From Octopus vulgaris (Eukaryota), in the NCBI GenBank assembly GCA_951406725.2, contig OX597814.1, positions 193,502,001 through 193,566,000 on the forward strand: a stretch of DNA of 64,000 nucleotides. The letters are read 5' to 3'. The notes below the pieces were generated by a model, which saw only the letters and a program-made list of their open reading frames with translations, had not been told where the DNA came from and did not search any database. Shown in pieces: positions 13,085-27,668 of the stretch. The translations under genes were made by a program, and so were the position numbers. The first letter of the stretch is position 1, and every line of letters starts with the position of its first letter.

Positions 13085-13160
13085 ATAGATAAATAGAATG
13101 ATTTTAAATAATTAATTAACTGATATTAATTCATTAAGGTTTCTTGACTTACTATCTTAA

Positions 13161-13310
13161 CCCATTTTAACCCAGGTTAACCATGTCGAAATTTTGAAGA
13201 TAGTTATACAATTAGGGATAACAAACACCCGGAAGCGTCCAGTTAACCTTTATTGCAGTAAATAAACCAAATACAATTGTCCTTAAACGAGGACAGTGGG
13301 TTAATATGGG
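13161..13310. mobile_element. piggyBac-like MITE
   Basis: TTAA|CCCATTTTAACCCA ... TGGGTTAATATGGG|TTAA inverted ends with TTAA flanks. Confidence 0.55.
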
Positions 13311-13845
13311 TTAAGAAGATCAGCACAGACTTTACTGTGTGGCTTTCACGCAGAATGTACCCCTGAGTATGTTTCTCAGCCTTTTCATATTACAGAATAG
13401 ACTATGTAAATATTAGCTGCTATAGCGAACGACGTCAGCCTCACGGGATTTTGACAGCGAAACTGTACGTTTCATCTTTCCAGCGTAACTATGTATGGAC
13501 GACAAGTATTGTTAGCTATAACAGTAGACACATGGTTTCATTCTACGGATTCACGTAGGTGGGTAAAACGGTCACATGGTGTACATGATGAATGATTTTG
13601 CTGATTTTCGGTTATAGACTGTGAGTATGGAGGATGTGCGTTTGAATACACACATAAATACATGCATACATACACGCACACATAATGCATCTGTACGTAC
13701 ATACGTACATGTATATACACACACACATAATTCTGGATTCAGTCCCACTGCGTGGCATCTTGGGCAGCTGTCTTCTCCTATAGCCTCGGGTCGACCAAAG
13801 CTTCTTGAATGGATTTGGTAGACGGAAACTGAAAGAAACCCTCCG

Positions 13846-13897
<52 letters not shown>

Positions 13898-13901
<4 letters not shown>

Positions 13902-14101
13902 ATCCAAACAAAAAAGCACAAGAAAACACAACGCGAGGACGTGGAACAAATATAGTATTATTGGACGCTCAGAAAAGAAGGAAAGAAGAAGGGTTTAACG
14001 TTTCGAGCGGAGTTCTTCGTCGGAAACATAGGAGAAGGAAAGATCCAGAGTAGGGAAGACAGAGGAAAAAAATCGCCAACGGTACACACGAGGTCACATT
14101 T
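13898..14101 (-). mobile_element. Mini-element family M2 with minimal HHR, inside the (TA)n of a family A SINE
   Basis: Closely matches 54181-54390. HHR-like motif at 13993-14027(-). SINE A halves lie at 13732-13845 and ~14125-14235. Confidence 0.7.
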
Positions 14102-14246
14102 ATATATATATGCGCGCGCGCGTATCTGTGCATTTGTGTGTCTGTGTTTGGCCCCTAGCACCGCTTGAGAACTGGTGTTGGCATGTTTACGTCACCGTAA
14201 CTTAGTGGTTCGGCAAAAGCACAAACAGAACAAGCTCCAGGATTAC

Positions 14247-14287
<41 letters not shown>

Positions 14288-14291
14288 TAAC

Positions 14292-14339
<48 letters not shown>

Positions 14340-14367
14340 TATAATAATAATAATGATAATGATAATA

Positions 14368-14409
<42 letters not shown>

Positions 14410-14421
14410 GTAATAATAATT

Positions 14422-14500
<79 letters not shown>

Positions 14501-14568
14501 TAACAATAACAATAACAATAATAATAACAATAACAATAATAATAATGATAATGATAATAATAATAATG

Positions 14569-14621
<53 letters not shown>
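14247..14621. repeat. (AAT)n microsatellite
   Basis: Direct reading; source of the poly-N/I/Y ORFs. Confidence 0.95.
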
Positions 14622-14623
<2 letters not shown>

Positions 14624-14777
14624 AAATTCTTTCTGCTAAAGGTACAAGACCTGAAATCCAAGGGGAGGGGACTAGTCGATTACATCGACCCAAGTGTTTC
14701 ACTGGTACTTAATTTATCGACCCTGAAAGGATAAAAGAGAGAAGGAAACCATGATGAGAAGAAACCATGAGAGAAGG

Positions 14778-15350
14778 AAACCATGATGGTCTTCTGGAGG
14801 ACATTCGTCCTCAGCCGCCTTGACTACTGACTCCTAACTATGGTCATCTAACCGTGTAAAATTAACAGCGGATCTTGAAGTAATCCAGCGAAGCTTCACA
14901 AAGAAGGACGTCTCGTTACGACAGCTCAGCTATTGGGAAAGGCTGAAAAAGCTAAGACTCTGCTCCCTGGAACGAAGGCGGGCGAGATATGTAGTAATAT
15001 ACATCTGGAAGGTTCTGAAAGGGATTGTGCCAAATTTTGGCTTTGAAAACTACACAAACGCCAGAACGAATCACCACTGCACAGTGCCTAAGATCTCAAC
15101 AATGCCGTTGCTCTTCAAGGCTAGTTACTGCAACAGCCTGGGTTTCAAGGGCCCACAGGTTTTTAATATTCCCCCAAAGAGCTTGAAGAACCTACACAAA
15201 GTGGATGTAGGTGTTTTCAAAACAAAACTGGATCTCTTCTTGTCGCGAGTCCCAGATGACCCTACTAAACGGGCAGAGGCGCAAATGAGGGCAACGACAT
15301 CACGCTCTCCTATTCACCAAATGCCACATATCAGAGGAAGTTCTCAATAA
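14778..15350 (+). pseudogene. CR1/L2-like LINE ORF2 C-terminus
   Basis: FVLSRLDY...DLEVIQRSFTK...LSYWERLKKLRLCSLERRRARY...FKTKLDLFLSRVPDDP, with stops and frameshifts. Confidence 0.8.
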
Positions 15351-15500
15351 TAACAGTGTAGCAAAACGGCGATACCCCAGCATGGCCACAGCTTAGAGCT
15401 GAAACTGATAAAATATATAAATATATATATATTTATATGTTTATTTATATTATTATATGACTGAATGCCACGCATCCATTTCCAAGTAAAGATTATCTTA

Positions 15501-15588
<88 letters not shown>

Positions 15589-15589
15589 A

Positions 15590-16763
15590 AGAAAACGGCA
15601 GGAGAATTTCGATAATCCCCACGTGGTGAATTGTAGTGCAATATATATACATAAAAGAAAGAAAATGCACACAGTTTACATAGTTTTAATATATTTTTTA
15701 ATGTACTTTATAAATGAAAGACTATTGTATTTGTCTACCGCTTTCACCTTCGCTAATCATGACATTGAAATTATTGTAATTTCGTATTTTCTTAAGAAAA
15801 TTTTAGTCCATGTTGTGTATGGGAGTTTGTGAATAAAATGAGTCAACAAGTAGAAAAATCGAAGGTGATCGCTATTATATGGGACAGGGGAGAAAACTGC
15901 TCATATTTTGGGGAAGGAATAAATAAATATACAAAAACTCAATAGCTAAAGTAGTGAGATGAAGTATTTTCAGTTATGGGTATGTGAACATGGATTAAAA
16001 TATATACTGAGACCAAAGCTGGTTATGCATTCATATTTAGACGTGTTCTGTACTTTCCGATAAATAGATTTTCTTTATTTAAACGTTCTTGTACAGAAAT
16101 TGTTCCTTTGCCCTGGTAGATAGGGAAAATGTGAAGTTTGGTTGGATATTACCTGCACATTTCTCAATGTGTTCTATCAAAGGAAACTGTTTGTACTGTG
16201 GGAAACTGATTTGTTCCTTATGTAGTGTGATTCTCCGTCAAAGTGTCATACTTGTCTGTCCTATATAGTTATGTCCACGGCCTGAACAAGTTATAACATA
16301 AATTAGACTCTCAGAAGCACAAGCGAAGTAGGTTTTAATTGTGAACCTCTCTCTCGTTTGCTTGAATAGGAAATGCGAGTCTTTCAACAGACTGGGGCAT
16401 GTTCTGCAGTTTGGGCGTCCACATTTTTTAACCATTGATTTCGTGGTTGTTGTGTAAAGCTTCGCATTTGTAAGAAGTCGTTTCAGCGATTTGTGTGGCT
16501 TTTTTGCATTTGATGAATTTATGTTTTCAGAATGTTGTTCATTTTTGTATCCCTGGTGAGCATAGGAGATTTTGTACAATAGTGTTGTATGCCACATTGT
16601 TTCTAGGGTTGTGAGTTGATATATACGGTAGTGTTTTGAGATGTGGTGTGGTGTTACGCTTTGTTTCCCTTAGAGTTTTAATGTCTAAATTCTTTGCACG
16701 CTTAATTCTATCATCTATAAGTGAGGATGGATACTGTCCCTCAGTCAGAATCGTTCTGAGGTC
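15590..16763 (-). mobile_element. 5'-truncated Penelope-like element (RT thumb, Cys-rich linker, GIY-YIG endonuclease, 3' UTR with HHR)
   Basis: DLRTILTEGQYPSSLIDD...LPYISTHNPRN...KCGRPNCRTC...LIYVITCSGRGHNYIGQT..L*RRITLH...RLNKENLFI, frameshifted. HHR-like motif at 15732-15764(-). The 3' end abuts (TA)n. Confidence 0.85.
15732..15764 (-). ncRNA. Minimal hammerhead-like motif with A3-U8 core (degenerate copy)
   Basis: tgtc-ATGATTA-GCgaagGT-GAAAG-CG-GTA-gaca; homologous to 53646-53678. Confidence 0.5.
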
Positions 16764-17326
16764 TTACACACACATACATACACACATATGAAGTGGGAGA
16801 CAGTGACTTCGAATTCTAATAAATATGTACTCTACTGAAACTATTTAGTAATCCACTTTAATGTTGAATTCTATATATATATATAAATTGACTTAAAATC
16901 AAGCATTAACATACATATGTATGTGTGTGTGTGTATATATATTTATATGTATACATGTATGTAAATATGCATGTACCGGCGTTCGAATATATGTACGAAT
17001 GTATATATATATGTGTATTGATAAATGAATATATGTCATCATGAACGTGTATGCATGGATTATGTATGTATGAACGAGTGTGTTGGAGAATATGTATTTG
17101 AATGAATGCATGTAGCTGTTTTATGTATAATCACACACACACACAACACACATACTTACATTATACACTCGTAATTAAATGAACAAATCTTTTTGTGTAA
17201 TTATATTTCTACGTTCAACTGTTGAATAATTTGCTGTTCAACCAATGTCCGTCTAGACGCAAAATAACAACAACAACAACAACAACAGCAATGGTAATAA
17301 TTGCGTCTGTGTGTGGACGAGCGTGC

Positions 17327-17370
<44 letters not shown>

Positions 17371-17424
17371 GTATACACACATATACGCACACACATAAAT
17401 ACACATACATTTATAAATACATAT

Positions 17425-17841
17425 CTCTTTTACCCTTTTATTTGTTCCGGTCATTTGACTGTGGCCATGCTGGAGCACCTCCTTTAGACGAGCAAATCGA
17501 CCCCGGGTATTATTCTTTGTAAGCCTAGTACTTATTCTAGCTGTCTCTTTTGCCGAACCGCTAAGTTACAGGGACGTAAACACACCAGCATCGGTTATCA
17601 AGCGATGTTGGGGGCACAAACACAGACACACAAACATATACACACACATACACATATATATATATATATACATATATACGACGGGCTTCTTTCAGTTTCC
17701 GTCTACCAAATCCACTCACAAGGCTTTGATCGGCCCGAGGCTATAGTAGAAGACACTTGCCCAAGGTCCCACGCAGTGGGACTGAACCCAGAACCATGTG
17801 GTTAGTAAGCAAGCTACTTACCACACAGCCACTCCTGCGCC
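17425..17841 (-). mobile_element. SINE family A, full length
   Basis: Reverse complement of 52006-52427, including the internal (TA)/(TG) linker. Confidence 0.85.
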
Positions 17842-17857
17842 TATATATTTATATAAG

Positions 17858-17906
<49 letters not shown>

Positions 17907-18906
17907 ATGTATGTATGTATGTATGTATGTATGTATGTATGTATGTATGTATGTATGTATGTATGTGTGTGTGTATGTATGTGTGTGTATGTATGTATGT
18001 GTGTGTGTGTATGCATGAACAGCAAAGGAGGGATACTTGTAAAAGTGTGTGCATGACAGAGAGAGAGAGAGAGAAAGCGAATGTGTGTCTGGAGTGTGTA
18101 TGTGTGTGTATTTGTGCACGTGTGTGTACGTGAGCGTATTTGTGCATGTGTTTGTGTATGTATCTGTTCGTGCTCGAGTGTGTGTGTGTGTGTGTGTGAG
18201 TGTATCTGGGTGCGTTTCTTTTGATGCATGTTTATGTACGTCAGGTTCTGTAATTTTACAAACCATCGTAGGCGTGAGGTAAAAAAAACTTATCAAAAAC
18301 AAAAAAAAAAACACAACAAAAAAAACTTAGAAAAGAAACAAAAAAAAAGAGGTTCTAAATTAATAGTTGTTGTGTCAAAGGGCAGCCATGTAAAGAGGGA
18401 GATAAAACAAGACCTTATTCAGTTCTGTTGCAAAGAGTTGGGTGTTTAGGTTAGAGAGAGAGAGAGAGAGAAAGTTTCTCTGTGTCATGACCGACAACGA
18501 GAAAACAAACATTACACACAGTGCAAGATATTCGCTACAATTGACCTTTTGTTTCATAACATGCTTCCATTGACGTTTGTTAGCTAACGGCCTGCAACCT
18601 TGTAGCCTGCCTTGCAGCTCATCTTATCTATTATATCATCAATTCCATACATTGTGAAGTCTATCTTTCCTTCCTTCTTTTTTCTTACTTACTCTCTCTT
18701 CTGTATTCTCTCTGTCTCTGTCTCTCTCTTCCTCTTCCACACTCTCCCTCACTCTTTACTTTCCTCGTCCAAACTCACTTTCTCCTTCTATCTCTTTCAC
18801 TCGCGCTCGCTGTGTCTTCGGGCATATTATACATACAGACGAACAGGTACACGTAGATGTGTGTGTGTTTGTGTGTGTGCGCGCGCATGCGTGTGTGCAT
18901 GCATGC

Positions 18907-19351
18907 ATCTTTTATCTTTTATCCGTTAAATGTTTCAGTCATTAGACTGAGGCAATGCTGGGCACCGCCTTGAAAATGTTTTAGTCGAATGAATCGATCC
19001 CAGTGCTTATTCTATTTATTTATTTATTTATTTATTTATTCATTTACTTCTGCTAAATCTGGTTCTTATTCTATCACCCTCTTTTTGCCAAACTGCTAAG
19101 TTACGGGGACACAAACACACTAACACCGGTTGTCAGGCGGTGGGGGGGGGGGGGCAAATACAGAGGCGAACACACACACATTCACATGTGTGTGTGTATA
19201 TATATGAATGCCTTCCTTTTAGTTTCCGTTTACCAAATCCACTCACAAGGCTTTGGTCGGCCCGAGACTACAGTAGAAGACACTTGCTCAGGGTGCCACG
19301 CTGTGGAACTGAATCCGGAACCATGTGGTTGGGAAGCAAGCTTCTTACCAC
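18907..19351 (-). mobile_element. SINE family A
   Basis: Diverged, colinear copy. Confidence 0.75.
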
Positions 19352-19352
19352 A

Positions 19353-19477
<125 letters not shown>

Positions 19478-19494
19478 ATCTATCTATCTATCCA

Positions 19495-19574
<80 letters not shown>

Positions 19575-19752
19575 AATATATATATATATGATAGTATTTT
19601 ATAGGCTTAAAGCGATCATCGCGCAATGACTAAGAAAAATAGTCTAATAATGGAGCTTATAAGCACACAGCATAAAAAATGTAGGTTTTCCCGTGCGCGT
19701 GGGACGCGAACCTACATCCTGAACATGAAACATTCAATAACAGGTTTATTCT

Positions 19753-19884
19753 AGAGTAAAGATTATTTGCCAACATAATGTGGTGGTCGTGATTAGGACG
19801 AATATTACTGTTATTTAGCTAAATAGCAGTAACATTCGTCCTAATCAGGACTGCCACATTATGCTAACAAATAATCTTTACTCT
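19753..19884. repeat. Spacerless 132-bp imperfect palindrome
   Basis: 66-bp arms centred on TTTAG|CTAAA (19818/19819). Confidence 0.85.
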
Positions 19885-19901
19885 CTCTCTCTCTCTCTGA
19901 C

Positions 19902-19994
<93 letters not shown>

Positions 19995-20034
19995 CACATA
20001 CATACACACACACCCACACACCCACACCCACACC

Positions 20035-20084
<50 letters not shown>

Positions 20085-20474
20085 TATATATAGACAGTTT
20101 CTGTCAACCAAATTCACTCCTAAGGCTTTGGTCAGTCCAGGATTATAATAGTAGACACTTGTTCAAGTGTGACTGAACCCGAAACCACATGGTAACAAAG
20201 CAAGCTTCTTCACCACACAACCATGCCTGCGTTTCGTGGTAGTGTCTTTGTTTTATTTATTTTTTTGTCCTTTCACTGTGTCAAGTTAACTGTAGATATG
20301 TCAAAATGCAATTCGTGTGGTGTGGGAAAAAACTAAAACAATTAAGTAACTATAACATGCAGTGTTACCCGATTCAGAACAACATGAAATTGTAGAAATT
20401 AAATAAAATCACTTAAAACAACAGCCACCCTTTCCCAACCATCAAACATAAGGATTCGAAACGTGAGCATGCGC

Positions 20475-20487
20475 GCACATACACACA

Positions 20488-20566
<79 letters not shown>

Positions 20567-20655
20567 CTCTCTCTCTCTTTCTCACACACACACACGCACA
20601 CTCTCTCTCTCTCTCGCACACACACACGCACACACATACACACACGCACACACAC

Positions 20656-20721
<66 letters not shown>

Positions 20722-20859
20722 TCTTCTAACTCTCTCTCACACACACAGGCACACTCTCGCTCTCTCTCTCACACACACACACACGCACACACACACTCTC
20801 TCTCTCACACACACACACGCACACACACACTCTCTCTCTCTCTCACACACACACACACT

Positions 20860-20916
<57 letters not shown>

Positions 20917-20925
20917 TCTCTCTAA

Positions 20926-20998
<73 letters not shown>

Positions 20999-21025
20999 TC
21001 TCTCTCTCACACACACACACACACA

Positions 21026-21058
<33 letters not shown>

Positions 21059-21063
21059 GCACA

Positions 21064-21094
<31 letters not shown>

Positions 21095-21173
21095 ACACAC
21101 ACACACACTCTCTCTCTCTCTCTCGCACACACACACACACACACACGCACACAAACACACATACACGCTCACT
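20475..21173. repeat. Compound (CA)n/(CT)n array
   Basis: Direct reading. Confidence 0.95.
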
Positions 21174-21543
21174 CATAGCAACGCTGATGAGAAAATTACA
21201 GGCTCCAACTTATTTCTGGGATGGGTTTTTCTTTCTTTCAGTTATTCATTCTTTCTTTCTTTTTTCTTTCTGATTTTTCTTTACTGCTATTTTTATGTAA
21301 CTGTATTATAAGAGGTCATCCAAGTCGTCAAGTTGGCAGAATCGTTAGGACACCGGTCAATTTGCTCAGCGAAATTTTCTGTTTTCTTTTTTTTATGTTC
21401 TGTGTTCAAATTCCGCCGTGGTTGACTTTGCCTTTACTCCTATAAGTGTTGATAAAATAAGTACCAGTCGAGTACTGGGATATGAAATCGACTAACCCCC
21501 TTCATCCAAATTCCAGACCTTTTACCTTTAGTGGAAAGAATTA

Positions 21544-22708
21544 TTACAGGCAGAGTTGCTTTGTCTTGTGGCCATGGCGCAAAAAGTCGTTTAGCGTTCG
21601 AAGTTGAAAGAATTGAGGATAGACTTCTTTCTCTCTGGTAAATCCCTCATCGATTTTTTAAGCTTCCACTATCTTGGAAATAAAAATGAGGGCGAAGAGG
21701 GAAGTGTTCTGTCCCAGTAAATTTGTCAATAGGTGGGAGATGGTGACAAAATTAGTTATTAGTGATTAGCTGGCACCAACATTTCTTTGGCATTTCAAAA
21801 GCGCTGCATGAAAGTTACCAGGATGTGGCGAAAAAATATCCTCGTTTCAAACAGATATTTCCTCAGCCGCCTATTGTAGCCTTTATACGGAATAAGAATA
21901 TAAGAGAATTAGTGACCTCTATATCTGACTCTAAGAAAACGAATATTGGAGTATCTACACACTGTACCTAAAAGAACAGCCGCAAGAGAGGTAAGCCCAG
22001 TTCATTGTGCAACAACATGAGTGAAGTGAATTCCATCAGAAATCATAACAGAAATGTTATGATTTATACAGATAGGTGGAACATGTAAAGATTCCCGTTT
22101 GGTGTACGTTGTAGAATGCACAAAACACAATTTAATTTATGTTGGTTGCACAATAGAACAATTAAACAAAAGGTTTAATGGGCACAGATTCGACGTCAGG
22201 CACAGTAACAGTAGTTCGACAGAACTTGCCGAACATTTCGTTTCAAGCGGCTGCAATTTTGAAGAAGACTTGAAAGTGCATATTCTCAGAAAATATTCTG
22301 AATCTGCTTCGCTTTCACTTCTCAGAATCTATGAGGAAAAATATGATTGCAGGTTATTAACATCACGCCCTGGAGGAATGAATAAGATGACAGGAGAATA
22401 TCATCAAATTTATACAAAACTGTTTGATTAAATATTTTTCTTTCTCTCCTTTTCTTTCCTTTTTTCCTGTCGTCTTCTTTTTTCTGGTTTTTTTTCTGTC
22501 ATTTTCTTTTCGGCTGTTATAAAATTGTAACTTAAAAACTGATGATGTCATTCCATCAACGTGTGGACGCTGGCTGCTCTCGTTTAAATTTCTGTAATTT
22601 TGAATTTTTATCAGTTCTTAGTTTGAACTTGACAAAGACAGACGTACTGTTGAAATATCGTTCAACTAATAAAATATCTTACAATCCAATCGCGCTCTTC
22701 GTCTTGAC
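21544..22708 (+). mobile_element. 5'-truncated Penelope-like element (linker and GIY-YIG endonuclease)
   Basis: KQIFPQPPIVAFIRNKNIRELV...LVYVVECTKHNLIYVGCTIEQLNKRFNGHRFD...ELAEHF...RPGGMN (ORFs 21762-21971 and 22099-22431). The 3' end abuts (ATT)n. Confidence 0.85.
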
Positions 22709-23062
<354 letters not shown>

Positions 23063-23560
23063 TAAGGCGACGAGCTGGCAGAATCGTTAGCACGCCGGGC
23101 AAAATGCTTAGCAACCTTACGTTCTGAGTTCAAATTCCGCCGAAGTCGACTTTGCTTTTCATCATTTGGGGGATGGTGTAATCAACCGAATCCCTCCCCG
23201 AAATTGCTGGCTTTGTGCCAAAATTTGGAACCATTATTATTATCATCATTATTATAATTAAGGTAGTGAGCTTGCAGAATTGTTAGTATGCCGGGTAAAA
23301 TGCATTTATGGCATTTCATCCGTTTTTACGTCTCAGTTCATATTCCACCGAGGTCGACTTTGACTTTCACTCTTTCTAGATCGATGAAATAAGTACCAGT
23401 CGAGCACTGGGGTCGATGTAATCGACTATTCACCTCGCTCCGTATTCTAAGTAGAAAAGGATTGTTATTAAGGCAACGAGATAGCAAAATCGTTAGCTCG
23501 TCGGACAAAATGCTTCGTGACATTTTGTCTGTCTTTATGTTCTCAGTTCGAATTCCGATA
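23063..23560 (+). mobile_element. Cluster of three SINE family B copies
   Basis: Repeated AAGGCGRCGAGCTGGCAGAATCGTTAG-type heads at ~23063, ~23259 and ~23470. Confidence 0.75.
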
Positions 23561-23822
23561 GGTTCATTGCTATTATTTTTAAACTAGTACGTGCTAATTT
23601 AATAAGTTTCCACAAATCTCAAGAATATTCCTTGGAATTCATGCAGAATATAGGATGGTATTTTTATGCGGGTCGACAAAGCGAATATCTCTTTCTAAAC
23701 CGATATACATAATGTATTCAAATAAGGTTTGATGTGTAAGGCATGCCCTGTCAGGACAAGGAACAACAGTATCAGCAGCAATCACAAGCACAGCACCAAG
23801 GACGAGAACAGCAACAACAACA

Positions 23823-24190
23823 GTGGAGGCGCAATGGCCCAATGATTAGGGCAGCGGACTCGCGGTCGGAGGATCGCGGTTTCGATTCCCAGACCAGGCG
23901 TTGTGTGTGTTTATTGAGCGAAAATGCCTAAAGCTCCACGAGGCTCCGGCAGGGGGTGGTGGCGACCCCTGTTGTACTCTTTCGCTCCAACTTTCTCTCA
24001 CTCTTTCTTCCTGTTTCTTGTCCCCGACTTCCTACGCAACCGCTCAGCCTGGATGCGCATTCATCCGTCCGTCGATGCTCTCGGTGTCGGGGGTTGACCT
24101 GCTTTCTCTTCTGCGGGTCTTACGAATAGCAAAGGACCACGTATCGGACTTCTCCCACTCTGGGCCGAAGACCGCTACGCTCAACAGCAT
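23823..24190 (+). mobile_element. tRNA-derived SINE family C with an alternative 3' tail
   Basis: Head GGAGGCGCAATGGCCCAATGATTAGGGCAGCGG...GGTTTCGATTCCC matches 25169-25554(-) up to ~24018, then diverges. Confidence 0.75.
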
Positions 24191-24258
24191 CAACAACAAT
24201 AATAATTACATTACAAATAATCCTCGCAAGAGTGGCTGCGTGGTAAGAAGCTTGCTTC

Positions 24259-24499
24259 CCGAGGTGTAATTTCTCCTTCTTTTATCAATGAACATTATGA
24301 ACAGTAGTAAGAGGTTTGTTGCCTCATGCATGATATATAAGAGAACAATGTTTTCGGGAAACAAACGATCGGCGGGCGTTGCTTGTTTCCCCCATTAATT
24401 ATCATTTTCACTTTTCATCTCATATAACATTATGTCTGTGTCCAGCCCACAGCTTCCTTTTCCTCTGTGTAAGGCCTTTATGGCCAATTTAATGAAATA
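24259..24499 (+). mobile_element. Retroposed 3' fragment inserted into a family A SINE (24226-24861)
   Basis: 14-bp TSD AAGAAGCTTGCTTC at 24245-24258 and 24500-24513; A-rich 3' end. Confidence 0.7.
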
Positions 24500-25168
24500 A
24501 AGAAGCTTGCTTCTCAACCACATGGTTCCTGGTTCAGTCCCACTGCGTGGCACCTTCGGCAAGTGACTTCTACTATAACCTCGGGCCGACCAATGCCTTG
24601 TAAGTGGATTTGGTAGACGGAAACTGAAAGAAGCCTGTATATATGTGTGTATGTGTGTGTGTATTTCTTCTCACCATCACTTGACAACCAATGTTGGTGT
24701 GTTTACATCCCCGTTACCTAGAGGTTCGGTAAAAGAAACCTATAGACGAAGTACTAGGCTTACAAAGAATAAGTCCTGGGGTCGATATCTCTCTTCGACT
24801 AAAGGCAGTGCTGCAGCATGGCCGCAGTCCAATGACTGAAACAAGAAGAAAACGAATAAAAGGGCGGATGTGTAAAGCATGCTTTATCAGGACAAGAAGC
24901 AACAGTAACAACAGCAGCCGTTCATGAATTTGGACCTGGAGATCTCCATTTCCAGCGACTTCGAGGGCCACCTCCCAGTGGTGTCAGGCGTCAACAAAGA
25001 GCCCTCCACTACAACAAGACGACCAAAGTTTTTTCTTTTTTTTTTCCAAGGTCTGGGGTCTCCCGCCCCTAAGCCCTAGACCATCACCTAATCACTTTTA
25101 CCCATCTTGTTGTAACAACAACAACAACATCCATCAGTAGCAATTACAAACACAGAACAACGATGGAT

Positions 25169-25554
25169 GGAAGCACTCCGTCGGTTACGACGACGAGGGT
25201 TCCGGTTGATCCGATCAACGGAACAGCTTGCTCGTGAAATTAACGTGTACGTGGCTGAGCACTCCACAGACACGTGTACCCTTAACGTAATTCTCGGGGA
25301 GATTTTCAGCGTGACACAGAATATGACAAGGCTGGCCCCTTTGAAATACAGGTACAACAGAAACAGGAAGTAAGAGTGAGAGAAAGTTGTGGTGAAAGAG
25401 TACATCAGGGATCACCACCATCCCTGCCGGAGCCTCGTGGAGCTTTTAGGTGTTTTCGCTCAATAAACACTCACAACGCCCGGTATGGGAATCGAAACCA
25501 CGATCCTACGACCGCGAGTCCGCTGCCCTAACCACTGGGCCATTGTGCCTCCAC
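25169..25554 (-). mobile_element. SINE family C, full length
   Basis: Highly similar to 42650-43028, with a tRNA-like head at the right end. Confidence 0.85.
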
Positions 25555-25837
25555 TCTACAGAACAACGATAACAGTACAAATAATCTGTGAAAATCTATC
25601 ACGTCCAATTTGTACTTTTGTAGTTATTTGTTTGTTCATTTTTATTTTATCTTGTTTTATTCCTTGATAAGGAATTTGGATGTGGGACAGCGCGTTTTTA
25701 TTTTTCTTTCGTTTTTTTTCTTATTCATTGTCTCAGAAACAAAGAAAACAGGAAAATATAATCTCATTCAATTTCTTCAATAATGGGAACCAAATTTTAT
25801 TTTATGCTATCTCTCCTTACATATGCACACACACATA

Positions 25838-25877
<40 letters not shown>

Positions 25878-26268
25878 CAGACTAACACGTCCAATCTTAC
25901 ATTTAGTTGAATGTATATAAATATCACAGACAGAAGCATACGCGAGTAAACAAGCGTACATGAACACACGGAAAACTGCGATTATATGTTACATACATAC
26001 ATGCATACATAGTTCAAATTAGTATGTAGTATCTATGAATACACACATACATACATATGTATATATATAAATATAAACGTGTGTATTTGTGTATATTCAT
26101 ATATACATATACATGCTTACATATATATACACACACATACACATATACTATACATATATACCACTTATGCCTATATGTAAACATATATGTACATCATACA
26201 AACAAGTTCAAGAATGCATGTAATATCTATACCAGTAACATCTATCTATCTAACTACCTCTCTCTCTG

Positions 26269-26307
<39 letters not shown>

Positions 26308-26343
26308 TTGTGTGTGTATATACATATACATATATATATACAT

Positions 26344-26376
<33 letters not shown>

Positions 26377-27000
26377 CATACATATATATATATACATATA
26401 TACATATATATGAATATATATACCTACTAATATATGTACATACAAGCATATACATACACATACATTTACAGATATATATACACATACATATATATTTATA
26501 TATATATATATATACACACACGCACATACATACATATCTATATATATACACACATACATACACATACACACGTAAATATACATAAGAACTTATATATACA
26601 TACGTGCATACACAAAGACAAAAATAGGTAGACAAAATCATGTACATACACTCACACACTGGCACACGCACACACGCACACGCACACACGCGCACGCATA
26701 CATGCAAGAATACACACACAAACACACACACACACACTCACGGATTGACTTTAACTAAGGAAAAAGAAAAAAAGAAAACTTCTCACACTCCCAGTGTCAT
26801 GAATATCTGCAAAGCTTTTACTATTCTACTGGAATATTCCAACCATTATAATCACAGCAAGATGGATTTGTTTGTCCCTTTATCTCCGCTAAGTTTATCT
26901 GAAAGAAAACAAAAGGAAAAAAGTCGTGAGACAGCGAAAATCTTGTAGAAAAAATTCCAAAACAAGTTATGTCTGAAAACATTTAATACATTTCACATAT

Positions 27001-27617
27001 AAGGCGGCGAGCTGGCAGAATCGTTAGCACGCCCGGCGAAATGCTTAGCTGTATTTCGTCTGCCGCTACGTTCTGAGTTCAAATTCCGCCGAGGTCGACT
27101 TTGCCTTTCATCCTTTCGGGGTCGATTAAATAAGTACCAGTTACGCACTGGGGTCGATATAATCGACTTAATCCCTTTGTCTGTCCTTGTTTGTCCTCTC
27201 TGTGTTTAGCCCCTTGTGGGTAGTAAAGAAATAGGTATATCGTCTGCCGCTACGTTCTGAGTTCAAATTCCGCCGAGGTTGACTTTGCCTTTCATCCTTT
27301 CGGGGTCGATTAAATATGTACCAGTTATACACTGGGGTAGATATAATCGACTTAATCCGTTTGTTTGTCCTTGTTTGTACCCTCTGTGTGTAGCCCCTTG
27401 TGGGCAGTAAAGAAATAAGAAACTTTAGCACACCAGATGAAATGCTTCGCGGTATTTCATCTGTCTTTACGCTCTGAGTTCAAATTTCGCCGGGATTGAC
27501 TTTGCCTTTCATCCTTTCGGGCTCTATAAATTAAGTACCAGTTGCGTACTTGGGTCGATCTAATCGTCAGGGCCCCTCCCCTAAAATTTCGGGCCTTTCG
27601 CCTTGAATAGAAAAGAA
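27001..27617 (+). mobile_element. SINE family B with tandem internal duplication
   Basis: AAGGCGGCGAGCTGGCAGAATCGTTAGCAC head; the module GTTCTGAGTTCAAATTCCGCCGAGGTCGAC occurs three times. Confidence 0.85.
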
Positions 27618-27668
27618 TACATTTCACATATACTCAGTAATTACGGCGTTTTTGGTCTCGCAATGCCT

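Noticed and set aside
21184-21220. CTGATGA followed by a short stem
   Set aside because: No GAAA core or stem III follows; the same applies to CTGATGA at 60493, 48279 and 30360(-).
26790-26925. Possible host exon on the minus strand after a polypyrimidine tract and AG at ~26898
   Set aside because: The frames checked are short or stop early, with no convincing donor site or recognisable protein.
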